Positions 10,101 through 20,911 of a DNA stretch of 64,000 bases are shown piece after piece. Position 1 is the stretch's first letter, and the number at the start of each line of letters is the position of its first letter. A program made the position numbers and the translations under genes. The notes below the pieces were generated by a model. The model saw only the letters and a program-made list of their open reading frames with translations. It was not told the DNA's origin and searched no databases. Source of the stretch: Cyanophora paradoxa CCMP329 (taxonomy: Eukaryota > Plantae > Glaucophyta). The stretch lies in the NCBI GenBank assembly GCA_004431415.1, contig QPMI01000416.1, positions 62,001-126,000 on the forward strand, written 5' to 3'.

Positions 10101-13100
10101 TGGCTGTTCGTCTATTTCGCTCCATGGGTGCCTGTGGTTGCTATTTGTAATCTCTGAATAATCATGAGTGTGTGGATCGGGTGGGAAGGTTAACGGAGGA
10201 TTTGTGATATGCTCCCATAAATGAGTATGGGCGAAATCTGTGATTTGCGATTTTGTGTGAGTATGGTCAAAATCTGTGATTTGCGATTTTGTGTGAGTAT
10301 GGTCAAAATCTGTAATATCTGCTTTTGTGTGTTTTTGTTTTGCTAACCAATCTAAAACAACATTCGATGTTGGATGATGTGGTAGAGTTGCATTTTTGGT
10401 AACTGTGAGATTTTCAATAAATATATTGCTCGAATTAATTTTAAGATCTTCATTATTCAATATGGGCTGCGTATTTGGAAATCCATACAATAATTGTATA
10501 TAATATCTAACCGCGTTCTTTTCTTCAATAGATAACGCACGATTGAAAACGATAATTTCGGCAAGATCTCCATTAGCAACAGAAGAACCAAATGATGCAA
10601 AATCAGAAGGTGGAAGAAAATCACCCGATGATGTTCCAATATCAATACCACCCATTCCTACGACAATTTGCTCTGAGGAAACAGTGAAATCCCAATAATT
10701 CCACGAATTATATATATATGATGCATCGAATAATGGAGGAGTTGCATTTTCTACATCGTTTTGAATTTGAAGTGAAACCCCAAACTTTTGATTTTTACAA
10801 CCATATCCAATCCAATTTTGATAAGAACTATCCCTTATATTCAACATATAAGAAGGATTTGTTGTATTGATCCTACCTATAAAGAATACTGTAAGACCTG
10901 ATGACCAATCTATTGAAACACTACTCTTATAAGCCAAGTTCAATTCTTTCCCAATCGAAATTTGATTGTTCAGGGTTGCATTCAAATAATAATAAACACT
11001 TTCCCACTTCGAATTATTTGTAATGTATGGTATCTGTGTAGTAACTCTGTTATATAACTGACCTTCGAAATATATCAACTCACCATGTTGACCTGATGCT
11101 TTCCATGCAAATATACAATTTGGAATAATTGGGGCTGGATCAATGACAGTAGTAACAGCATAGTAAGGTCTATAAAGTATTTGTATAGTATTTTGTGTTC
11201 CAATTGTTATATTTCGATACACTGTAAGATTACTTGTGTAAATATCATCTGCCCATAGGTTACTTGCCCATAGGTTACTTGTCCAAATGTTACTTGCTGA
11301 AATGTTACTGGTGTAAATGTTACTTGTGACTGTAAGGTTTGTATCATTTTTAATCACGAATAAAGAAAGAATATTCGTTAGTTCTCCTTCGTCAATATAT
11401 CCTTGATCTTCTAAATAATCTTCTGTTACCACTCTCGATATATTTTCGTTGTGAATGTTTTTTGCAGCCATTCTTTGATTGGCTTCCAGAACCCCACCAT
11501 AATCTGTTTTAATCCATGCAAGCTCTGCCCTCCCATAGTTATCATTTGCAGTTCCCACTATGGGAATGTAGGAGTATTTATCTCGACTGAAAACTATCAT
11601 TGGTCTTGATCCATCCAGACTGCTCACATCTGCAACATGAACCTGTATAGCAGAGTTGTAATTTTGGTAGGTTGCTGGGTCTGTTGGGACTCTGAATGTA
11701 TCTGTGGGAATGTCAGCCTCCATGTAGCTTGACACAAAGATATTTGGTATGGTTGCTCCTGGTTCAGGTGGGTTTTCAAAAGAGCCTGGTAATGTCCGAA
11801 TATGAAGTGGTCCTCTCATGGCTGAATTTGCAAGTGACCCATCCACATTGACATAGTGTTCATTCAAAAAGATCCTTTCAGGGACATTGCATGTCTGGTA
11901 AAGAGAAACTCCCATTAGAGGTTCAACTTTTGAAAATTCTGGTTGGTCATTAATCTCATCCCAAGTGTGTTCATGTTTGCTTGGTGGAAATTCTTCTGGT
12001 ATTCCATCAATATCACCCCAATCATGCCTGTGATCCTCTGGTGGATACTTTTGAGGTTTGCCTAAGATCTCATCCCAATCATGATTGTGATCCTCTGGGG
12101 GATACTTTGCAGGTTTATTATTAATTTGTTCATAATCAGGAAAGAACTCCCAGATCTCAGGTCGAAATCCATCTGGTAGTAATTCCTCATGGGGTTCATA
12201 AGGTTGCTCATAATCAACAGCTGGTGGATCATGCCCATCTGGCAAATACTCCTCATCAGGTTCATAGTTCTGCTCATACTCAAACTCTTGTGGATCTAAG
12301 CCATCTGGTAGTATCTCCTCCTCATTGGGGTCAAATTGATCATACTCATACTCTTGTGGGTCAAAACCATCTGGTAAATACTCTTCCTCATCTGGAACGA
12401 ATTGATATTCTTCAAGCTCTAATATATCGATTTCAGGAGGTAAATACTGCTCATCTATTTGCTTTCTTGGTTCAATTATAGGTTTATTGCGAACTTGCTC
12501 CCAACTTACAATATGCTGCCCAAAGGCTACATCTTCAGTTGCTGTGTATTCTCTTCCAGGTTGCTTCTTTGGTGTTAAATCGGGTGGTCCATTGGGAAAT
12601 GGAATAGGGAATGGGACTGTTGGTCCATTGGGACCATAATGCTCAATTATTTCCCTTAGAGTTTTCTCACTTACAAGCTTCTCACCATTTGCATACACAT
12701 TGCTGCCATGGATATTTCGCCATTGCCTGGTTCGAATTCCAAGGTCTTTCACATTGCTATACAAAGGCAAAAGGTGCCTATCCATTTCGACTAAATCAGG
12801 ATGTAAATGGATTGCTACTGGCTGACTGGGGCTACTGTTGATTGTAATTGATGGCTTTTTTTGATGGACATCTTTTGGAGTAAAGAACCCAAAAGGCTCA
12901 TTCCTTGCAAAGTCATATGTAATATCCTTGGGGTAGACATCATTAGTTGAACAGACTTGATTCGTGTTCTGGAAATGGCCCACTTGTAATACTTGGGGAA
13001 CCTCTGTTTTTGTGGTGCTGCCCTCATTATAAATTCTTAAACCCGTGTTCTGTTTGCCCTGCTCATCTTGTACATTGAAAATCAAACGGCCACTATCACA

Positions 13101-13412
13101 CCTTGATGGTATGTCTGGGTGAGTGCCACTGGTTTTTAGTTTCCTAGGTCTCCTTCTTGTTGCTTTGATCTCTGCTACTTGGTTGGCTTTCACATTACCC
13201 AAACTAAAAGCAACACTGACATCTTCTTTATTTGGATCAGTTTGATTCACAGATAAAGCATGCTCCCTTGATTGAGTCTTTGAAGAACCGTCAGAGCTGT
13301 GGTCGATTGATATTGAACCTTTAACTTTTATATTATCAAAGTTCACATGCTTTGTGCTGCTGGAATTATCATCTTGAATTGTTTCCAGATTAGGGGGGTA
13401 ATTAAAGCTCAT
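7110..13412 (-). CDS. Giant modular fibre/spike protein with C-terminal peptidase S74 intramolecular chaperone
   Basis: 2100 aa; SDIRYKTDI...GLIAQDVQKVIPEVV...EYTGLIPVLIEAVKEL; HxH tail-fibre repeats; LamG-like GDLAEIIVFNRAL; several internal duplications. Confidence 0.85.
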   Translation of the reverse strand: MSFNYPPNLETIQDDNSSSTKHVNFDNIKVKGSISIDHSSDGSSKTQSREHALSVNQTDPNKEDVSVAFSLGNVKANQVAEIKATRRRPRKLKTSGTHPDIPSRCDSGRLIFNVQDEQGKQNTGLRIYNEGSTTKTEVPQVLQVGHFQNTNQVCSTNDVYPKDITYDFARNEPFGFFTPKDVHQKKPSITINSSPSQPVAIHLHPDLVEMDRHLLPLYSNVKDLGIRTRQWRNIHGSNVYANGEKLVSEKTLREIIEHYGPNGPTVPFPIPFPNGPPDLTPKKQPGREYTATEDVAFGQHIVSWEQVRNKPIIEPRKQIDEQYLPPEIDILELEEYQFVPDEEEYLPDGFDPQEYEYDQFDPNEEEILPDGLDPQEFEYEQNYEPDEEYLPDGHDPPAVDYEQPYEPHEELLPDGFRPEIWEFFPDYEQINNKPAKYPPEDHNHDWDEILGKPQKYPPEDHRHDWGDIDGIPEEFPPSKHEHTWDEINDQPEFSKVEPLMGVSLYQTCNVPERIFLNEHYVNVDGSLANSAMRGPLHIRTLPGSFENPPEPGATIPNIFVSSYMEADIPTDTFRVPTDPATYQNYNSAIQVHVADVSSLDGSRPMIVFSRDKYSYIPIVGTANDNYGRAELAWIKTDYGGVLEANQRMAAKNIHNENISRVVTEDYLEDQGYIDEGELTNILSLFVIKNDTNLTVTSNIYTSNISASNIWTSNLWASNLWADDIYTSNLTVYRNITIGTQNTIQILYRPYYAVTTVIDPAPIIPNCIFAWKASGQHGELIYFEGQLYNRVTTQIPYITNNSKWESVYYYLNATLNNQISIGKELNLAYKSSVSIDWSSGLTVFFIGRINTTNPSYMLNIRDSSYQNWIGYGCKNQKFGVSLQIQNDVENATPPLFDASYIYNSWNYWDFTVSSEQIVVGMGGIDIGTSSGDFLPPSDFASFGSSVANGDLAEIIVFNRALSIEEKNAVRYYIQLLYGFPNTQPILNNEDLKINSSNIFIENLTVTKNATLPHHPTSNVVLDWLAKQKHTKADITDFDHTHTKSQITDFDHTHTKSQITDFAHTHLWEHITNPPLTFPPDPHTHDYSEITNSNHRHPWSEIDEQPVFAQLNAIGNVFNGVTLYQSINTPERLFLNDHYVSLNGSFTGETGTPMVGTLAVRLPRDPIVNGVYSGDFNVGINDTFPSIYVTNYHPGETGQVADFSAAIQINVTDQSAYDGARPKIVFTREKVVNYLPVAGQPTDDHGKCEMAWIKTTTGGALEVNQRMAAKNLHNTTLSGVVTDDYLENKDYVTNTELQLAVTDFVTDTDLTAALANYLPLTGGTVTGTVNATTLQIGGTTIPKGYDFDQLDVVSTDRSANNWTVNWTGHRTGQTGCYTTPENDADVTGCWMRWAIPEGMKSFYIQLLNWHNCRYFDIYGETVNGHQHFLKRVNHYQAIQDSGIQDGTYNAIIYTSINCDFYKKIVVKGVKGRIYFTGVFGWSRQRATDNDVGLIHYDNIAFNPVGKYSDFDVVSGWNSTGVDFVGNWTTAWKPTTDNPVEGFYCNQTDDESGSGYMQCVVPAGMKTCHIQYLCWTNGRYFDIYGYRNGRWNYIMRVNTYQNVQNTADTAWHSSLLWTSVFCGNFSHIGIFAKKGRIHIGMLGWTKEVGRTAPANGLISWDNIYSRPALITAADLPQTATWPTNTWLKSTDTVPRIWFGNGDCTYIRGYGNSGGVSIEFRDSADGAILKSYNNGNFWVKNTITAPTINATTDLQINGNAVPKFHTADKTKGGIEFNRCSYGDWTWAWSAAWDPHYNYGSYVHNNQTDDQTSTAWIDFDIPEGYHTGTAFLTYLPWVSSRLFEIWGVNRQGNEVFITSVNSYQPYATSPDGNHSGVNNVPIHLGNRFLTIRIRPKIGRVHIMGISYMKIWVGNSYGGHTGYIHWNNVYSKPNILTGDVGTWFNSSDGYNRIHFGNNTSTYLKGRGDIPLVFRNEQDTDICYMYHGGWMWIGGYLTQGSDIRYKTDIKKITGALSAIEKLEGVSFKRIGSEKDGTRLGLIAQDVQKVIPEVVNVKKDDGYLSLEYTGLIPVLIEAVKELSKKCKDLTQTCENLQSQIDQIKNVTV

Positions 13413-13455
13413 GGCTTTTACTATATGGATTTATAAAATTCCTTATAAGTATTAG

Positions 13456-15010
13456 ATGCCTCTCAAGGTCGTTTTAGCATTGTCAGGAGGCGGGGCAAGG
13501 GGCATTATCATTACCAGACTGCTCAAAGAAATCGAAAATCGAACTGGCAGGCGAATCATTGACCTTGTGGATCTTGTGAGTGGAACTTCCACGGGTGGGA
13601 TCATTGCCATTGGGTTGAACATCAGGCATCCAGATAGGGCAGGCGAACCCAAACTCACAGCCAGTGATTTACATAATATATACCTCACTCAGCTGCCCTT
13701 GATTTTCGCGAATCCTCGAAATATAATCGAAAATGCCCTTTTTAACACCAAGTATGATGTGGCTCCTTTGGAAAGCGCAATCTATTCTGTTACTGGCGAA
13801 TCTCTCATTCAAGATTCCTTAAAGGACATTGTGATTACTTCGTTTGATACTCAGTACATGAAACCTATATTTATCACAAATGATAACAACTACAACTTTC
13901 TGCCCTGTAAAATAGCAGCAAGGCTACCTCTGCTGCTCCCACCTACTTTTCTCCTGTGAGTATAGTTGATTTTAATCGAGGGGTAACTGCTTGCCTTATT
14001 GATGGTGCTATTTCAGGAAACAATAACCCAAGTGTGTGTGGCTATAGCCATGCGAGGAAGATTTACAGTGATGATGATGACATTATAGTTATAAGCATCT
14101 CTTGTGGTGAGGTAGACCCATATTTAGAGTCTGATTATTTCGGCTATGGTTATGAGACTGTGAATAGTTGGGGCATTCTCTCATGGATTGCCTCAACAGA
14201 TGGAAGCCCATTGATCAACATGCTCATGGCAGCAAGTGAGCTGTCAGCTCTTGACAAAATGGAGGAGTTGCTACCTTACAACTACGATCAGGATTATGGA
14301 GGTACTATAGGCTATCTGTTCCTCTTCCAAATCACATAGTCAAGTCCCTTGATGATACCTCTAAAATCCCCGACATGCTTGCGTTCACTGAGACATACAT
14401 AGCAGCAAACAACACCATGATTAATAAGCTTTGCGATTTGCTGGTAGCAAACTATGAATTAAAGAACCCATCAAAAGCTTACATCTCTTCCACTCTCACC
14501 CTGTCACCACCTTTGGATGCTAATTGGTACAAACTTGCTGATGATGCCTTTACTGCCTCCTCCTCTGTGATAGGTAAAGAGCCCCACATGGCTCGACCTT
14601 CATCATTTGGCTGGGAAGCTGGGGCATTTGCTCCAGAGCAGATATGGGAGACCCCCACTGAGTACCTTCAAGTTGCTTTCCCATATACGTTTGAACTCTC
14701 TTCAGTGGTTGTCTATGGGTCAGGGGACACCAATGCTTTCATAAAGACTTTCAATGTGGCTACATCAACTAATGGGGTCAACTGGTCTTTTATTCGAGCA
14801 GAAGGGCAGAACAAAACATTTGTATGTGAGAACATAAACAATGCTAATAATTCCGGCGATGTGGCTTTATTAAATGGTTACCCTCTCACCATCAAGGATG
14901 CTTTCTACGTAGGGTTCTCTTTGAGAATAAAGTATGTTCGCATTTATCCCCTTGTTTATGTCAATGCTCCCACAATGAGAGTCGATTTTACAGGTGCGTT
15001 TATTCGATAA
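13456..15010 (+). pseudogene. Patatin-like phospholipase fused to an F5/8 type C (discoidin) domain; two frameshifts
   Basis: GGGARG, GTSTG and DGA motifs; RYYRL...SLDDTS bridges 14339 to the 14375 frame; FTASS...YLQVAF...YVRIYP...MRVDF discoidin signature. Confidence 0.82.
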
Positions 15011-15933
15011 ACTCGAGCTGAAAAGAATTGTCAATTCCATTCATGTCAATGATGTCACCAAAGTAGTCTCTAAACTCAACTGTTAATTCCCTTACCACCA
15101 GATGTCGGTCATTAATTCGAATAAACTCCCATGTTCACCATTATAGTAAACATAGCCTCCTATATCCTTGCTTAATTGGAGTCTCAGTATGGCGCCTTGG
15201 TTTTGTGGCTGTGATTTTGGGACTATATTATGTCTGCTGGCAAAGGGAGCGAGTTCTTTGACATGTAAATAAAGGTACTGCTCAGCGTTCATATCTGCCA
15301 TCTTATTGCTGTAATAAACATATCTAAGAGGTGTGGACGAAAGTCTGGATCCCGAAAAGGTAGTTCCCCACAATGGGTGATTGAGTGTGATAGGTTTGCC
15401 ATCATACTTTAGAAAATTCTCAGGGCGATATGGAGATTGAGAGGGCGAATTGTCATCCATAAATGAAGACTGGAACTCAGTTGAGCTTAAACCCAATAGC
15501 TTACCAATGCGCTTATTGCTTGCTTTTATACGGAAAAATCTGTTACTGTAGAACTCCACTTTATAAGTGGTTGGATTGTAGAATAATTTGAATTCGAAAG
15601 CAACTGTTTTTCCTGCTATAGTTTCCTCATAGAACACATAGTTCAATCCATAGTTGTATGGTTGGGTGACCCGAAATGACCCTGATTGATATAACCGGTT
15701 GGCAAGGGGGAAATGTTGTAAGTTACTGTTTCAGTGACAGAACTATCCTGGTAGGTGAATTCCACTATTAAATGATCTGTTCCCACACTATTGTAAATGC
15801 TGTTTGGAATTTCTGCGTAAATAACCCTACACTCTCGAGGTCTCTCTACTGGAGTTGTGAGGGTGACCCTGTAAGAGTTTTCGGTTTCACCTTGGCTGCG
15901 ATCCCTGCTATCAACATTGACAAGCCGGTTCAT
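15000..15933 (-). pseudogene. Penton-like protein 2 of inner element, two frameshifts
   Basis: NVDSRDRS, YAEIPNS, YLYLHVKE, and LTVEFRDYFGDIIDMNGIDNSFQLEF in a third frame; homologous to 3217-4191. Confidence 0.75.
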
Positions 15934-15962
15934 TTTAATATATGAATATAGATAAAAGGAGA

Positions 15963-16972
15963 ATGCCCGTGGACTACATTGAGGTGAGCTCTTTTAATAC
16001 AATCTCTGGTGACGGTCCTACTTCAAGCTTTGTAGCTCGACTTCCAAACATATATGAGAATGTTAGGGCTGTCAGGCTGGTCTCAGCCGAATTTTATAAT
16101 AGTATCCCTATGGTGAGTGGTGAAACGCAACCAGGGGATATTACAATTGATAATTCATTCAGCATTTTTTGGAGTGAAGAATTCGATGGTGCTGGCATTG
16201 ATGGCATTCCAACTACTCGACCAGCGGCCGGCTTTGAACCTTGGAAGCAATTAATCATAAGTCGCAAAAAACCCATTCAAAGCCACCAGCAATTGGTAAA
16301 TGTAATTAATGCGAAATTCGATGATAGAGAGCCGGAACCATCTATTCGCTGTAAATGGGATGAGTCACTAAAACGGATTATATTCCACTCAGAGAAACCT
16401 TTCTATTTAGCCTTCTCTAACGCTGGAAATCCAAACCAGAAAACGATCCAAAAGTTACTGAGTGCTGCCCGATTGCTTGGTCTTGATCCCGGAAGATATG
16501 GAAATTCCCCAATTCAATCACAGGTTTATAATGCTCTTACTGATGGCATCTTTACTGGTGAACGGGTGAATGGTATTATATCTTCGTTTGAGCCTGAAAA
16601 GACAAGGGACAGTGTTTTATTTGTCAGAGTAAAAGAGTTGGGTGATCTGGTTCAGTGTGGGGATGGTCTCCTGACTGGTTACTTCCACAAAATCGTGGTT
16701 CCTGACAAGGACTATGGTGAGCATGTGGTTTACAATTCGACAGAATCCCACCCACTTTACAAATACTATAACAAAAAATGAGTTTGTCTACATTCTCTGT
16801 GGATATAGTAAATGCTATAAACGAACCAATTGATTTTGAGGGTCAACCTGTCCACCTCACATTTGAAATTCGCTATGGGGACGAGCCAGCAGGTGACCCT
16901 CTCTATGAATACTTTAAGATGCGGATGTCGCAAAGTCATCCAACATATCCGGTCATTGCGAGTTTCGGGTAA
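15963..16972 (+). pseudogene. Penton-like protein 1 of inner element, one frameshift near 16775
   Basis: LPNIYENVRAVRLVSAEFYNSIP and DFEGQPVHLTFEI; homologous to 1924-3189. Confidence 0.72.
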
Positions 16973-17026
16973 ACACAAGGATCATTCGTAATTTTTTTAT
17001 GTTACAGTATAATAAAAGCGAAAATC

Positions 17027-18397
17027 ATGGATATTACGTCGACCCTCCAGCGCCTTTCGTTGAAAGAAGCCCTAACAACCCCAGAGGAGGCCAAGGCCTT
17101 CTTTCTGGATAACTCCCTTATGCTTGGTCTTGAATCCAAGTCTAAGCCCGTTCTTGTTGTTGTGAACCCGAGCAATACTTTTGAAAATAATGTTGGAAAT
17201 CGCATTTCATTCAAACTCCCTCGCTACAATTTCTGTGGCAAACTCGAACTTGCCTTTGACCTTCCAGCTATCACTTTTGGTGATGCGGATCTTGTTCGGA
17301 ATGGGTACACTCGCCCAGTGGGTGCTTTGGTTCAGCGACTTGAAATTACCTATGGGTCATACACCTACCATATCCCTTCTGATTTCCTTGCTCATTTCCC
17401 TCTTGTCTATTATAGTGAGGATCAACTTGCCAAAAAGAAGCGGTCAATGGGTATGCTTCACGGCATCCCCGCCCATGGAACCAACCGACTTGGTGGTTCT
17501 TTCTTCGTCGAAATTCCTGTGCCTTGGCTAAACCACTACCTGCCTCTTGGTGCTCTGTCTGGTGAAATGGTAGTAACTGTTTGGTTCAAGGATGTAGGGA
17601 AGGGTTATGTTGAGACTTCTTATGGTGGTCGTACTCTTCCTAAGGCTGGGGACACAGCCATTGATGGGGACAAGGACGATGGGCTTGGCGTCGCACCTGC
17701 TGAATCTGTGCTGGCACATGTTGGCCAAAACATCACCACTTTCAATCTTGGTGCGCCGAGCACTGAAATTACAATTACTTCTCCTCGCCTTTACATGTAT
17801 GCTGTTAATGTGTCTGATGAGCTTTTTGCTACTGTTATTGAGAAGGTAAAGACTACTGGCATGGCTATCCCTGCTCTAGACATTGGATTTGTAGATGCTA
17901 GTGCTTTTTCTGCCAAGGGCAATGCCCAACCCAATCGAATTAACCTCTCTCAAATCTCAGGTCTCGTTTATGCTCTGCTTGTCTCGGTTCGCGATAACGC
18001 TAATGTTGACAAAGCTAATGGTTCCCACAGTGTTCTTAAGACCTACTCCAACTCCAAAGAGATCACATTCACAATTGAAATAAACGGCCAGCGACTTTAT
18101 GCCACTGAGCCAATTTCGCTCCTCAAAGGTGCTGAGCTGATTGCTGATGTCTTCAAATGCTCTAATATGGATAAGGTTGCTGATCGCTATGTTCTTTCGG
18201 GTATGAGTTTCTGTCTTGACGGTGAGAAGGCGATTCGCAATATTGCCCAGTCTGGCTATGTTGACCTGACCAATTCTTCATCTTCATTCCTCACTCTCTA
18301 CATGCCCACTGACAAGGTTATTGATGTCAATGTTCGCGCTCTCATGCACAGCTATATCATAGTGGACAAGGACGGGCTCCGAAAAATTAATCTATAA
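17027..18397 (+). CDS. Major capsid protein (PLV-type double jelly-roll), inner element
   Basis: 456-aa intact ORF aligning with 422-1870; upstream of the ATPase. Confidence 0.8.
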   Translation: MDITSTLQRLSLKEALTTPEEAKAFFLDNSLMLGLESKSKPVLVVVNPSNTFENNVGNRISFKLPRYNFCGKLELAFDLPAITFGDADLVRNGYTRPVGALVQRLEITYGSYTYHIPSDFLAHFPLVYYSEDQLAKKKRSMGMLHGIPAHGTNRLGGSFFVEIPVPWLNHYLPLGALSGEMVVTVWFKDVGKGYVETSYGGRTLPKAGDTAIDGDKDDGLGVAPAESVLAHVGQNITTFNLGAPSTEITITSPRLYMYAVNVSDELFATVIEKVKTTGMAIPALDIGFVDASAFSAKGNAQPNRINLSQISGLVYALLVSVRDNANVDKANGSHSVLKTYSNSKEITFTIEINGQRLYATEPISLLKGAELIADVFKCSNMDKVADRYVLSGMSFCLDGEKAIRNIAQSGYVDLTNSSSSFLTLYMPTDKVIDVNVRALMHSYIIVDKDGLRKINL

Positions 18398-18450
18398 ACC
18401 ATATTCAGTCACATCGTATTATTTTTATCTGGTTCTTTATAGAAGGAAGC

Positions 18451-19233
18451 ATGGGCGACTTGGACGAATTTAATGCTGGGGAGATGATAAATCCCCCTTT
18501 CCGCGTTTTGGCAATTGGCAAATCTGCTACTGGTAAATCAGAGGCTGTCAAGTACTGGCTCAAGCAGCTTCATGATGCCAAAAAGATTGATGTCGTTCTT
18601 GTTATCAGTGGAACTGCTTTTAACAACTTTTGGAACAATGTAGCAAGTGTTCAGCTTGGCAAATGGGATGCTCATTACATTGAAAAGGTTTTGGAAGATC
18701 GACAACAGAAAATAGAAAAGGGAGAGCCGATTAATCAACTCTTAGTTGTACTGGACGATCTAATTGATAATGACTTGGTCGATCTCACTCGCGATAAAAT
18801 AATCAACAAATTGTACTCTATGGGCAGACATTTGAAAATATCTATTATCTGTATCACACAAAAGCTAAGGAAAGTCTCATCGACCATTCGCGTCAACTCA
18901 GATTATGCTATGTTCCTAAGCGCTGCCAATAGAAAGGAGCTTGAAGCCATTGAGGAAGAATACAATATAATGCGGGACAAAGATGTTTTCTATAAAATGT
19001 TTGAAGAGTACGTTCATTCCTACCAGTTCCTAATTTGGTCATCTGCCGATTATTCTGTGAAATATTTCGTAGATAAAGCGGATTTGGTCAAAGATTTCCC
19101 ATTTCCACGGTTCCACAGGAAGCCAAAAAAGAAAGAAGACGAGCTTAAACCACCAGAGAAAGAAGAGGGGCGCAAAGAAGTGAAAAGCCAAGTTCATAGT
19201 AATAAGTTAATGCGATATAAACGCGGTCTATAA
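18451..19233 (+). CDS. A32/FtsK-like DNA packaging ATPase
   Basis: GKSATGKS (Walker A), LLVVLDD (Walker B), GRHLKISIICITQ, IRVNSDY. Confidence 0.92.
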   Translation: MGDLDEFNAGEMINPPFRVLAIGKSATGKSEAVKYWLKQLHDAKKIDVVLVISGTAFNNFWNNVASVQLGKWDAHYIEKVLEDRQQKIEKGEPINQLLVVLDDLIDNDLVDLTRDKIINKLYSMGRHLKISIICITQKLRKVSSTIRVNSDYAMFLSAANRKELEAIEEEYNIMRDKDVFYKMFEEYVHSYQFLIWSSADYSVKYFVDKADLVKDFPFPRFHRKPKKKEDELKPPEKEEGRKEVKSQVHSNKLMRYKRGL

Positions 19234-19261
19234 AAATATCTCTCACTTTAATAAAGACGCA

Positions 19262-19996
19262 ATGCCCCCCAAACGCAAAATAGGCATCCCTGCTGGGGCT
19301 GTTGGTTATTCAGGCGGTGGTAACAATGGCTCCATTAACACAGACCCGCTTAAATTCAATGGAATGAATGAGATAAAGCCCTCACAACAGCAAGAGGATC
19401 CCCTTAATGCCGCCTATGAGGAATCCTTTGATGACAAAGCCCCACAGACGTCCACCAGTGATCAGCTCAACATCTCCCCTGAAGCCTCCAAAATGAAGGC
19501 TGTGGGTGAGGGTGCCAGGCGAATTATAGGTGCTGCTGATGATAAAGGTCTTGGGCTCCAAGATCTATCACTCACTCGCAAAGGTGAGGGTCTCAGTAAA
19601 GAATCCGACAAGGTTATCCAGTCTATGGCGGGTGAAGTCACATACAAGACTGCTCCCACCCAGAATATTCATAGAGTTCCCAAAGCTCAATGGGACGAAA
19701 TGACTGCCAAACTTAAAGATCTGGAAGCCAAGTCAAGTGCCTTAGAGCAGTATGTAACTGAGAAGAGAGAGAGATCCAAACTCAAGGAAATGCTTAGAAA
19801 GGAGGTGTTCAAAATGGGGATCACTGGAATTCCAGATAAACAGTTTATTGCCAAGAAAGAGACCCAAATCGATGAGCAAGCTGTTGATGAAATGAAAACA
19901 AAGACCCAAAAGGGGACTATTGAGCCTGGCGCTACAAAGGCTGAGGTGGACAAAGGTGTAGCTCCCACAGTGTATAAACGACGGGTTTGGCTTTGA
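19262..19996 (+). CDS. Hypothetical charged protein (possible core protein)
   Basis: 244-aa ORF, basic N-terminus MPPKRK, coiled coil. Confidence 0.6.
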   Translation: MPPKRKIGIPAGAVGYSGGGNNGSINTDPLKFNGMNEIKPSQQQEDPLNAAYEESFDDKAPQTSTSDQLNISPEASKMKAVGEGARRIIGAADDKGLGLQDLSLTRKGEGLSKESDKVIQSMAGEVTYKTAPTQNIHRVPKAQWDEMTAKLKDLEAKSSALEQYVTEKRERSKLKEMLRKEVFKMGITGIPDKQFIAKKETQIDEQAVDEMKTKTQKGTIEPGATKAEVDKGVAPTVYKRRVWL

Positions 19997-20021
19997 AAGC
20001 ATTTTTCTATAGATATTATAA

Positions 20022-20252
20022 ATGGAGGACACCATTAGTCTGGTGGAGTTCACTGTCGATAGCCCTGTGACTGAGAGTTACATTAAAAACGCTTTAGCAA
20101 ACCAAAAAAGATACAGGGAAGACCCAAAATATAGAGAGTTTAAGAAACAGCAAGCCTTGGCATCATATTATCGCCGAAAGGCACAAAAAGAAGCAGTGAG
20201 GCCCATAGGGAGGCCAATTAAATATTATCAGACTACTGAGAGCAGCAACTGA
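20022..20252 (+). CDS. Small basic putative DNA-binding protein
   Basis: DPKYREFKKQQALASYYRRK...IGRPIKY; resembles 25188-25379. Confidence 0.5.
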   Translation: MEDTISLVEFTVDSPVTESYIKNALANQKRYREDPKYREFKKQQALASYYRRKAQKEAVRPIGRPIKYYQTTESSN

Positions 20253-20277
20253 GTTATTTTGTCTCGTTAATAGTAAG

Positions 20278-20484
20278 ATGTGGCAATGGCTCCAACAATT
20301 GCTGGATATGTTTCATATACATGTGACCAGCAATTATAAATGTAGCTGTTGCGATACTACTATTGACGTCAGCATTGGATCTTCCTCCCCAAGTGGATCC
20401 AGGAGGAACTCTTTGGATGTGGTGATGGCAGGGCTGGCTCGCATGAGGGGCAAAGGGAAAGTTTGGAGCCTATTGGAGAGGTGA
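20278..20484 (+). CDS. Small hypothetical protein (CSCC motif)
   Basis: ATG after an AT-rich spacer; amphipathic N-terminus. Confidence 0.35.
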   Translation: MWQWLQQLLDMFHIHVTSNYKCSCCDTTIDVSIGSSSPSGSRRNSLDVVMAGLARMRGKGKVWSLLER

Positions 20485-20674
20485 ATGGCGCGGAATTGGT
20501 TGAGGCTGTAAATAACGCATTGGATGAGTACCAAGGGCAGCTACATGTTCAGGTTAGGCCTTCAACACCTGAAAGGGGAACGTTTACGCATATGGGGATC
20601 ACTATAGGAGGCTCAAGACGCTTTCAGCGACGCGGTGATCAGGGCATACCATTTAAGGGAGCAGGTTGAACACA

Positions 20675-20911
20675 TCACTGGCCATCAGGGAAGGTATTAA
20701 TCTCGTTTCCAAGCATGAGAAGGTCGTTTGATATTTTTTGTAAGGCTGCTTTAATGTGTGGAGACAAAGGAGCTATGCGGTGTCCAAGGTTGTACAGTTC
20801 TATAGAGAGGCGATGTATGGAGTTACTCAGTTCTGAGCTTGGAGACGTCAGCGCCAAATATGAGAGTTCAAAGGACACCTCTACAAGGCGAGTATGGATG
20901 GGAGTTGTCAT
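20675..20911 (-). CDS. Small hypothetical helical protein
   Basis: 78-aa ORF with an AT-rich leader. Confidence 0.35.
   Translation of the reverse strand: MTTPIHTRLVEVSFELSYLALTSPSSELSNSIHRLSIELYNLGHRIAPLSPHIKAALQKISNDLLMLGNEINTFPDGQ

Noticed and set aside
7110-13412. Bacterial prophage or contamination, given phage-like fibres
   Set aside because: Polinton-type integrase, pPolB, A32 ATPase, TIR/TSD and a direct junction with intron-containing genes indicate a eukaryotic endogenous virus
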